20,000 nucleotides of DNA from Catajapyx aquilonaris. Its lineage: Eukaryota. Both the position numbers and the translations under genes were made by a program. Below are positions 1-9,240 of this stretch, piece by piece; positions within the stretch are counted from its first letter, which is position 1, and each line of letters starts with the position of its first letter. A model generated the notes under the pieces. That model did no database searches. It worked only from the letters and a program-made list of their open reading frames with translations, and was not told where the DNA came from. The DNA lies in contig JYFJ02001558.1 in NCBI GenBank assembly GCA_000934665.2, positions 59,441-79,440 on the forward strand. The letters are read 5' to 3'.

Positions 1-279
1 CGGCCTTGCAAGGACAGCGAAAAGGTCAAGTGCAGGCATCGATCACAAGCCAATTGGCCGATGACAGGACTGACAGGCTGCGGCCCAAATGAGGCTTCAA
101 GAGCCGACAGATAAGCTTTTCTGGTTCCGTCCACACCACCATGCAACGGTCGTAACCCTCTGACTTTACAGGGCTATTATGGATGCGCTCTAGAGTATAT
201 GCACGTGCCCGTACTATGGTCATAAGAAGGACATTTAAATGGCCATTCAAATCATCATTGCTCTCTTTTTTATCTATAG

Positions 280-396
280 ACACGAGAGAAACTGGATTTG
301 TGAATGCGATCATTGCTGCTGGAGTTACAACGGCAGTGACTCAAGCTTGTAGTTCCGGACAGTTACTCCAGTGCACCTGCGATCGAAGTCTGAAAG
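280..396 (+). CDS. Wnt6: Wnt6 internal coding exon (gene 5'-partial; upstream exons not seen in window)
   Basis: Pyrimidine-rich acceptor ctctcttttttatctatAG at 278-279 and donor G|GTATGC at 397. Translates (D)[51 protein letters not shown] is characteristic of protostome Wnt6. Phase-1 boundaries on both sides. Confidence 0.92.
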
Positions 397-460
397 GTAT
401 GCAACGGTATTATACTCATAAAAATTAGCAGCGAATTGACTTTTGTGTGCTTGTCGCTAG
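397..460 (+). other. Wnt6: Wnt6 intron, 64 bp, phase 1 (GT-AG)
   Basis: GTATGC...CTAG. Contains an in-frame stop (426-428), and its removal joins the two Wnt reading frames. Confidence 0.85.
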
Positions 461-615
461 GTATGTCTGCAGACGGCAACTGGGAATGGGGCGGATGCGG
501 GGACAACGTCCAATTTGGGTATAAGAAGTCCAGGGAGTTCATGGATGCGCGGTACAGACGAAGGAGCGACATAAAGACGTTGGTTATGCTGCACAACAAC
601 GAGGCAGGACGACTG
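461..615 (+). CDS. Wnt6: Wnt6 internal coding exon (an alternative in-frame acceptor would start it at 473)
   Basis: Acceptor ttgtcgctAG at 459-460 (phase 1) and donor CTG|GTACGT at 616. Encodes MSADGNWEWGGCGDNVQFGYKKSREFMDARYRRRSDIKTLVMLHNNEAGRL, containing the Wnt motifs WEWGGC and HNNEAGR. Confidence 0.88.
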
Positions 616-678
616 GTACGTTCACTTGACATGTACTCCCGCGCAATGTCCTTACCACTTCTTCTGGTATTGTTGCAG
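616..678 (+). other. Wnt6: Wnt6 intron, 63 bp, phase 0, stop-free and in frame
   Basis: GTACGT...TTGCAG at the conserved Wnt intron position after HNNEAGRL. The 21 aa it would encode do not resemble Wnt sequence. Confidence 0.88.
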
Positions 679-1140
679 GCTGTGAAGAACCACATGCGAA
701 CAGTCTGCAAATGCCATGGACTGTCCGGGTCATGCACTCTCCGGACATGCTGGCGGAAGATGCCTCCTTTCCGGGACGTCAGCAACCGGCTGAAAGAGAG
801 ATTCGATGGTGCTGCTAAAGTGATTCCTGGTAACGACGGTCAGACGGTCATCCCAGAGGGACCGACCATTAAACCGCCAGGAAGAGAAGACATTATTTAC
901 TCGGAAGATTCCCCGGATTTCTGCAAGCCCAATCGGAAGACTGGCTCTTTGGGGACACAGTTCCGGGTTTGCAATGCGACATCAATGGGCGTAGATGGTT
1001 GTGATTTGTTGTGCTGCAACCGAGGTCACGACCTCCAATGGGTTAGAGAGAAGGTCAATTGCCATTGCCGATTCAGGTGGTGCTGCGAAGTCACCTGCGA
1101 GGTTTGCCACGTGAAGAAGGCTGTCAACACTTGTCGTTAA
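679..1140 (+). CDS. Wnt6: Wnt6 terminal coding exon
   Basis: Acceptor ttgttgcAG at 677-678 (phase 0). Encodes AVKNHMRTVCKCHGLSGSCTLRTCWRKMPPFR...CHCRFRWCCEVTCEVC...NTCR with stop TAA at 1138-1140. It carries the Wnt signature CKCHGxSGSC with the lipidated Ser; CHGLSGSCTLRTCWRKMPPFR is Wnt6-type. Confidence 0.95.
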   Translation, partial: AVKNHMRTVCKCHGLSGSCTLRTCWRKMPPFRDVSNRLKERFDGAAKVIPGNDGQTVIPEGPTIKPPGREDIIYSEDSPDFCKPNRKTGSLGTQFRVCNATSMGVDGCDLLCCNRGHDLQWVREKVNCHCRFRWCCEVTCEVCHVKKAVNTCR

Positions 1141-1886
1141 ATTTTTAATGTTAATTCCTCTTGCCCATGACATTGTATATATGCGTTTAGGCTTGCTGAT
1201 CACGGTACCATGACTTTTTAAAAATAACTTTAAATAACGTGATAATGCAGTCTCGGTATGGACCCATTTCTGTGCAAGATATCTTGCGTGAATTATGGTT
1301 ACTTTTTTATTGCCTACTTATGTCAAGGGGTGCATAATATTTCTCCGTTTTATTTTATCTGCACAAAATGACTCGAAATGCCATGGACTTGGAGACGCGC
1401 CATAGTTGTTAATAGTAATATTCTTTCGATTCAAACGCTGTCGCCATACATGTAAACTGTCCTGGTTGTTTATAATCGCAAAAAAAAGTGTTCCTAAATT
1501 TTTAAGACGGTGCTGCAATGTTATAGGGTTACATTATCATTTGGAATGTACATCATTTATGACCGTAAGTTACATATGAAATGTGATATCAATGAGTGAA
1601 AGCGTGCCTTACAAGGTGCGGCAGTTTTATTGCATGTGCAGCGTTATGTTAGCTGCCCTTATCGTCTTATGTCGCCTTATCTGGAGCCTTTGCCTAATAG
1701 CCTGTTGCAACTGTTCAACACTATAGAGTGACTGAGAGTCAGGACAACAATAAACAAGAATGGAACAAAGTGATCAGTGTTGTGAGTAGTCATCAATGGA
1801 TGTGCACCGACGAGCAACTACTTGAAGCGTATATTTGTTTTGATATCCCATGCTGCTTTGTAAGAACGGACTTATGTTCCTTAGGG

Positions 1887-1896
1887 AATAAATAAA
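1887..1896 (+). promoter_or_regulatory. Candidate Wnt6 polyadenylation signal (overlapping AATAAATAAA)
   Basis: Two overlapping AATAAA about 750 nt after the stop codon. An alternative AATAAA lies at 1749-1754. Confidence 0.4.
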
Positions 1897-2048
1897 AACG
1901 CTTTTTTCAATGCATTACCCAATGATTGTTACAGCCATATAGTGGGCCAGAAAAAAAGACCATGTTTGAGCTTCACCTTTGAGAAGGAAAACAGGGGCAA
2001 AAAAAACAGACACACACAAAAAAAACCAAGCAGCGCCCAGTTTTATAA

Positions 2049-2057
2049 GACCACCCA
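2049..2057 (+). promoter_or_regulatory. Perfect Ci/Gli consensus site GACCACCCA
   Basis: Exact 9/9 match in the Wnt6-Wnt1 intergenic region. Function untested. Confidence 0.45.
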
Positions 2058-5000
2058 GCATTGGGCCGAAGGGGCTCTCACACGAAGCCGTGCTTTGGAG
2101 GTGGAGCTTGGCGTTGTCATGCTTGCCTTGCCCTCTCTCTCTCCCCTAGCAAACCCCACCACTCTCACCACCCACTCTCACCGCTTGCTCAGCAATAATT
2201 TGGATTCTGAACCCTCACGGGTTACATGCCTGGAATGCGTATAATTTGTGTCCACCTCGAGTAATACACCAGGAGATTTGGATGGTCGAATGGTGCATGG
2301 TCGTTCACTGACGGTTCATCCTTATACAATCACTCCCTGTGCGGATTTTGACAAGACCTCATTCAACATCCTGTCACGACTCATAATTTATTCCCTTTGC
2401 TTTGAAAGACAGGTCAGAAATCGATTGATACCCTGATCCGAAACAGGCAATTAGTCCCCCTAAGAGAAACCCTATCAATCAAGGACGTAATTACAGGTCA
2501 AATACATCACGTGGAAGACACTCCCCTTCTCACCTGGGTGCTCGGGATGTAATCAGATCAGGCAGTCCACCGATTAATGTCTCACTTGTTTTTTTCTAGT
2601 GTTTCATAGACTTCTGACCTCAAAACCCATCGTAATGAACTTCTAGGTGGGCTCATGTCAGTCCATGACATTGTCATTATTAGGCTAGATGTCCGGTCCA
2701 GCATGGACAAGTTGGTGATTTTGGATCTGTTTGGGGCCATTTATCCCAGGAGCTGGCCTAGAAGGCATTTTCAGGCTCCTCCCATCCCAAAACGAGTGTG
2801 GCTGCCATTGGACTTGGAGGCGTCAGAGGCCCAAACCCCCTTAGGCCTAGGAGGCGGGACGGATTCTTGGCCTTCCCGAGCTTTTACCATGGCGGACACT
2901 CTTCTGAACCTTCCTTTTTGTTTGCATTGCCACACACTGACACCATAATCGAGATGGTTATGCGCATGCGTGTGTTGGATAACGTGTTGTATCACTTACT
3001 CAGGGTGCGTGATGGACATGCCCTTGAATTACGCACAGTTTCACTCTTTGTTATAGAAACTCGATGTGACAAAACAGGATGGAATGCATACAGCTAATTA
3101 TTTAGCGGTCTAATTATCAACAAGAATAATAAAATATAACTCCAGTGGGCACGCTGTATTGTCCAATAGAAAAATGATTTGTTGATTATTTTTTTACAGG
3201 CGGTTATAATTACGCGTTTATGAAAAAACAACATTTTGACGGCAGTGGCATAAAACTTGTTTCCTGCTGTGAATTTCATATCCCATTACACCAATCTACG
3301 CTCCCAGCAACCTTGCTTTTCTCACCTTCCCATACTTTTGTCTAAAATCTCATAAAAGTGCCTGAAACAGGTCGTAATTCACTAATAACAGCCTTGACTA
3401 CTCTATCTCCAGCATTCACTTTTTTCGCACGTCCATTTTTTTCTCTCTTAACACAACACACAAGTGGGTTTAGTTTCCCAAGAGCCGTATCTCAAAAATC
3501 GTCATGAGGCTGGAATTTAACCATCCAGCACAGAACCAGAACTCTGAGGTTATAACCACCCAAAAGCTGGCGGGAATCCTTGTCAAATGGGCTATAAAAA
3601 TCGCACCATAATAAGTGCTGGCAGACAAAGTAATCAACGCTGCGGATGAAGGATTTGTCAATGGTTTTTCGGGCTAGAGTTGGAAAGGAATTTACGATGC
3701 TAATGATGATTATGACGGTCTTATCTCTTTTGTCACGCACTGGGATCAGCAGGGAACAGGAGCCTTCCATGCGGGAGGCCTAGGGTTTCGTCTGTAATTC
3801 TACGTCGCAAAGTGTTCTAATCAAACAAGTTGAGCGATGGCTCCTCGCTTCCACCTCTAGACTTTTGCGCCATAAAATTAGACGAGCTGACTTAATAGCT
3901 CTTTTTCGGGGGAAGAGGTGCATAAAGAATAACCAAAAAAAGAGAGAGAGGAAGATGAAGAAAAACGTTCGCGGTGGACTTTCTAAGGGTCACGATGGAA
4001 GAATATGATGAAAAACTGGTTGGAATCTGTGGATTTCAGAGAAATGTCATCCGCTGGCCTTATGCTAAATTCTGTGGACTGCGAGCCAAACATATGAAAG
4101 TGTCAGTGCAAAATATTAACTAATGGATTGGAATCACTCATGTACTATATATACGCAAATTCTCCAAGTGAGAGTTGGGTGTTATTTTAGTATTACGCAA
4201 AGTATTCCAAGACAACAAGAGGTTAAGATCAATGTAACGGAATCGTTTGTCATTTTAAAAATATTTCCATAAACTAAGTTTGTGTAAAGCGTGCATAATA
4301 TTTATAGGAGGGCATCGAGATTCTGTGTAGAAATTGATTGCGTTATTTGTACCAATAATATTGGAGAACAATTTACTGGTTTGATAAAGAAGCATATTTT
4401 GTTCACTTTCAACTAACCCGTATTTCAGTTGCAAGTAATCTAAATTGCTCTGAAAACTCTCGGTTCTGGTTTTAGCCTTGCATTATAGGATGGTGGGAAA
4501 GATGTGAATTTCTTCTCGGGCATATATAGGTTTCTTGAACTATAGGCTATTTTAACGCGAAATTACCCTAGTCGATTTTGAAGAATGCTAATCAATTGGG
4601 GAGACAATGGCATGAGCAATAAGAGGTCATCCTGCGGGTTATGCCAACCCCTAAGCTTTCTTGCTACATGGGTTGCCTGATGCCGAGGATGACCCTCCAC
4701 TCATTATAAGTTCTGCCTCTCAAAAAGTATGATGTAAGCCTATTACTTATACAATATTTTTTGGCCCACTACCTCCCACTCTCCCATATATACGTATACT
4801 GTGCACATTGTCGAATATAATGTCGCTGTTTAAAAAATCACATTACATTTTTTCAGGGGCATGCTGGTATAGAGTCTGGGTGACCAGATTCGTATTTCCA
4901 TCCAAATGGCTACACCAGACACACCAGATTACCGCGGATTAGAGTTGAGTGTATACCTATACAGTATATTATTAGGCCGGTAGAAGGGCTCAAATTAAAG

Positions 5001-6969
5001 ATATTTTTCTAGCATTTTGTCGGCACAAAATCTTGGAAAATACAACTGGTTTTTGTGAAAACGCATATTTCTTCGAATCTTCAATATCGCATGAACACAT
5101 CATTTTCGTGCATATATTATGAGCAATTTCCTGATTTGTAAAAAGAAATTTTTACTCTGCTGAGCATCTCCATATTTTCTACTTACCGATTTATTTTACG
5201 GAGATTTTTATGGCTTGGATTTGCGAGAGTATCCCCGAAAATCGCAGCTAGGCCATAAAACAAGGGACGGAGGCACATTTAGAACTACACCGGGAAGAAA
5301 CCGCCCCAGAAAAATACGGGTGACAAAGCTTGAAGAAAACAACCCCACTAAATACCGGCCTGGACGGAAACCTCGGAGTGTACCTGCTGGTGCCTGCTGG
5401 TCACCTTGTCTTACACTGGCATGCTGCTCTAGGGATGAAAATAAGGTAAAGAATGCAGTGGCATAACTCTTTATTCTCAACCCACAGCTCTGATTACCTG
5501 CATTTATTTTGATGCAATTCATTCCAATATTATCAAAATATTGTAGTATAGTAGTTGGCCAAAACCCCTAGAAAAGTATTTTTTTTTCTTCATCTTCCAG
5601 GTTCTAGCTTTGGCAAACCCCTCCACTTTCCCCCCCTTCCCCGCCCTAATCCCTCAGTGTGAAATCGGCAAACAAAGGTTCATCACGACTCGGCGCCAGG
5701 TAAATTAAACGGATCTAAAGTTTGGTCCTGCTCTTCTGGTCACTAACGTGGCGTGAAGAAATGTGTTTGTAAATCTTTCCAGAGGAAATGAGGCCTAGAG
5801 CAGGACCAATCCCCGCGCACGAGAGGTCACTTCTACCTAAACCTGACCAATTAAGACTGAAACACGGGTATTAAAAAAAAGTATGAACGTGACATATCTG
5901 ACCACATCGCATTTTTTTATATATAAAATTTTGGTTACTTATTTGATGCATATTGACACACCTTATGCGTGTGCCACTTTTACCTTGCCCTGAATCCATT
6001 ACAGGTCGGGATGGTCGGGTTCGGAGCGTGGAAAAAAGGTGGTCTGCTCCGATGACCGCAAAGACTTTTTTTTTTCATCTTCTTCCCTTCTTTTTCCATC
6101 CCTCTGAACCTGGAGGGCAAAGAGTGGCCACCGAGTTTGCGGGGTCTGAGGAGCAACGTGGGCGGCCCGTCGGCCACATAATTTCAGCCAGTGCCCCGAA
6201 TTCATTAGCCATCTGCCCAGGTTGTTTCTCGCCGGAGAGAAGTAAATCACTTCTACAAAAACGTGGCTTGGACGCCTCCATATTTATTGGGCTGCTTCTA
6301 GCAGAGCATTCTTGGGCCTAATTGGGCCTCTCTTCACTTTGTCACTACTATTCTAGAAGTTTGTTGCCCGCGGAAGGTGGAGGAACAGTCTTCAGGGTCT
6401 ACCTAATTACAGGCCTTTTTGTGCAAATTCTTACGTGCTGTAGGTCGAAAATGGGGGTCGTAAAATACACACTTAGAAAAGCTGGAAGTATTATACATGG
6501 GTTTTAAATGTTATTTTTAGCACCATAAGTTATTGCGGCGGAGTTGTGCCTTTCAGATAGTTTGTTGTGGAAGTTTGGAGCCCTTCTTTTGGTGTTATTG
6601 CTATAGTCCCACTTTAAAGTCAAACGGGGCTAACAATCACTTTTACACAAAAATTATGAAGTGGTTTATTTATAGTTGCCTGAAGTACAAGCACACTTTA
6701 CACATAGCACATTATAAGTACATTATTTTTTAACACTGTAAAAAAACAAGGGATGCATTTTTGGTTACAAAAATGTGTCACATTTACTATCTGATAGCCT
6801 ACTATACTTAAGAGTTAAGGGCTAAGCAATGGGAACAATCAAGTGCGTGAGTAAGAAAACATGTATTTGTTTAAAAAAAGGATTTTCACAAATATTACAA
6901 CACATTTGGCACAGTGATTGAGATATGTTCCCAATCAGTCATTTACACGACCACAACTGCAATGCATAT

Positions 6970-7005
6970 TTTATTGGGATGATATTAACGTATATAGCAT
7001 TTATT
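6970..7005 (-). promoter_or_regulatory. Candidate Wnt1 polyadenylation signals
   Basis: TTTATT on + (AATAAA on -) at 7000-7005 and 6970-6975, about 820-850 nt after the stop codon. Confidence 0.4.
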
Positions 7006-7819
7006 CAATGTTTTGACAACGCAGCAAGTTAAAATAATTTTCTAATAAATTGTTGTAATATTACTCTCCATGCTGTTTGCAGATGCGTTCGTTTTGAATC
7101 ACTTAGCTAATCACATACCTGGTGTAATGTCACAGAATACATACAGTCATGACAAACTAGTGGAATAAATTAACCGTCCTTAAGTGGGCAGTTTCATAGT
7201 CCTTCAGCCACTCCAGGAGAAAACCAATATTTTACTGTACAATATTTACAAAGCGGAAGAAACACAGGACGTGCATCCATCCATCATCTTTTCCCAGTCT
7301 TCTGCTGACCCTTTTACACCTGCAACCACCTGACTAGTGCCAACTAATACGGGATTTGGAGTGGGTTTGGGCAGTAAATACGAAGGGTACACGGTCTGAG
7401 GAATTCCTTTTTCGTCAAACTCCTCCTCTCTTTCTGAGTCTTCCAATAAATTACTACACTTAATATCGATTTGGTAAAACGATTCAGTTCGGGAATATTG
7501 TAAATAGCTGCACAGCATCGCTTCTGTATATCCGGCTATTGATTTATGCAACAGTCTCTGCTTACTCTGTCTTAAAGGAAGAAGACAATTGCGGTTTCAC
7601 AACAGATATGCCATTAATATTTTGCTACTCTTACTTTGGTTAACAGCTCAGATTTCCAGAATATTGGTTCCATTACAATGTCATTTTTTACTGTAGCATA
7701 ATTATCTCCCATCTCTGAACTGGAAATATTACTGTTTAGGAACTATATTTGAACGGGATTGGAGAAAGCAGACACTGCGGACACTTGACTCTGAACGACA
7801 TGGTACAGGCACACCCCGA

Positions 7820-8338
7820 TCACAAGCAGGTGTGGAAAGTCTTTTTCTTCCAGCACTCATTGCACTTGACCTGACAGCACCAATGGAACCTGCAGTCACA
7901 ACGCTCCTTGACGTCACGAACCTCCGTGGTGTACCCCCTTCCGCAGCACATGAGGTCACACCCGTCCACCCCTATCGAAGTGTCGTTGCACTGCCGACCA
8001 TGCGTCCCACTTATCCCCAACTTCGTGTTCCTGTCGCAGAAGCTGGGCGACGGCTCGTAGTACACCAGGTCCTTGGTCGTCGGTGCCTTGTGCTCCGGGT
8101 TGAAAGGCTTCAGCTGGAAGTTGTACCGGTTGCGCCGACCACCTCCACCTCCACCTCCTGCAGGGCTTCGGAAGCTGCCAGCGTTGCTCACCAGCACTTT
8201 GGAGGCACCATCGAAGCGGTCTTTCAGTCGGTCACCCACCAGGCGGAAGTACGGCAGACGCATCCAGCAGGTCTTCACCATGCAGGAGCCGGACATGCCG
8301 TGACACTTGCACTCTTGCCTCATTTCGGTTGTTACGTG
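7820..8338 (-). CDS. Wnt1: Wnt1/wingless terminal coding exon
   Basis: Acceptor cctttctttcAG (8340-8339). Encodes [29 protein letters not shown]...[11 protein letters not shown]...[16 protein letters not shown]...[26 protein letters not shown]...HTCL with stop TGA at 7822-7820. These motifs are diagnostic of arthropod Wg. Confidence 0.97.
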   Translation of the reverse strand, partial: HVTTEMRQECKCHGMSGSCMVKTCWMRLPYFRLVGDRLKDRFDGASKVLVSNAGSFRSPAGGGGGGGRRNRYNFQLKPFNPEHKAPTTKDLVYYEPSPSFCDRNTKLGISGTHGRQCNDTSIGVDGCDLMCCGRGYTTEVRDVKERCDCRFHWCCQVKCNECWKKKTFHTCL

Positions 8339-8962
8339 CTGAAAGAAAGGGACATTCTTCTTGAGCATCTTTCAAGCTTAAACGCCATAAAAGTCTTCAT
8401 TGTACGTCGTAATGAGATACGTACAATCTTGGGTTGGAAACGAGGTTGTGAGTAAATGGGAATGACCCTGATGAAGCTTCCGTGTTACAGCGGAGAGAAA
8501 ACGTTTTGATACGTACTTTCATTGTGCAATGGAAAGTGACCCCTCCTCCATGGAGAATTGTACACGCGAATGAAGAGAGAATTCGTTACATTTCATGATC
8601 ATGTGCCATCTAGAAAACCTTTACCATGTATTATTTATATTTAAAAAATAGTTGTGTCACTATTAGCCCAAGAGGTGAAACGAGTGCTCCATATAAAGAA
8701 GACCAGGCATTATTCATATTAAAGAGAGCAGCGGGGGGTGGGTTTTTTTCTTCTCTCTCTTATACAGATATCCTCCCCACTTAGGTCAAGGTCTAATCGG
8801 AGCAGTGTCTGGAGGAGAGGCTGACAGGTAGAAGGGCCCTACTCATTCGATTATTTATCGCGGTAATCACTCAGTAAGCTATATGCATCTTGTTGGGAAG
8901 CGCAGAGGTCGCAACCCCTTTCTGTCATGCACGCAATGAAATGCAGCATGTCTGACATATAC
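8339..8962 (-). other. Wnt1: Wnt1 intron, 624 bp, phase 0
   Basis: GT-AG boundaries at the conserved position after HNNEAGR. Confidence 0.92.
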
Positions 8963-9240
8963 CATTCTTCCAGCCTCGTTGTTGTGTATGTTCATTTTCT
9001 CTCGCAGGATCCTTCCTCTTTCTCCTGCGTCCACGAAGTCCCTGGAGAACTTGTATCCGAACTCTACGTTGTCCGAACATCCTCCCCATTCCCAATCGGT
9101 GCCAGAAGAGGTTCCTCCTCGGTTTCCGTGACTGTGGTCGCAGGTGCAGGAGTCGATGGTACCCTCGGAGCAGGCTCGGGCCACCGAGTGGGTCACTCCC
9201 GCACTGGTGATGGCGTACAAGAATGCGGTCTCTCGACACC
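8963..9240 (-). CDS. Wnt1: Wnt1/wingless internal coding exon
   Basis: Acceptor ttgcgttacAG (9242-9241, phase 1) and donor ATG|GTATAT (8962, phase 0). Encodes (G)[34 protein letters not shown]...[45 protein letters not shown]. Confidence 0.96.

Noticed and set aside
363..785. 140-aa - strand ORF
   Set aside because: Antisense to Wnt6 exons, with no independent coding evidence.
436..1140. 234-aa ORF read as a single-exon Wnt gene
   Set aside because: It begins inside an intron at a non-ATG codon and reads through the 63-bp intron. The spliced model fits Wnt homology better.
2655..3097. Overlapping ORFs of 74-99 aa in a GC-richer intergenic patch
   Set aside because: No recognisable protein motifs or convincing exon structure; more likely non-coding.
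5208..6321. Short ORFs in the intergenic region
   Set aside because: No similarity to families I recognise, and lengths are compatible with chance.
1141..7000. Equivalent of the Drosophila AP-1-dependent damage enhancer between wg and Wnt6
   Set aside because: I saw no perfect TGA(C/G)TCA site in this interval by manual reading, so it cannot be supported.
7832..8455. 207-aa + strand ORF
   Set aside because: Antisense shadow of the GC-rich Wnt1 terminal exon, with no recognisable domain.
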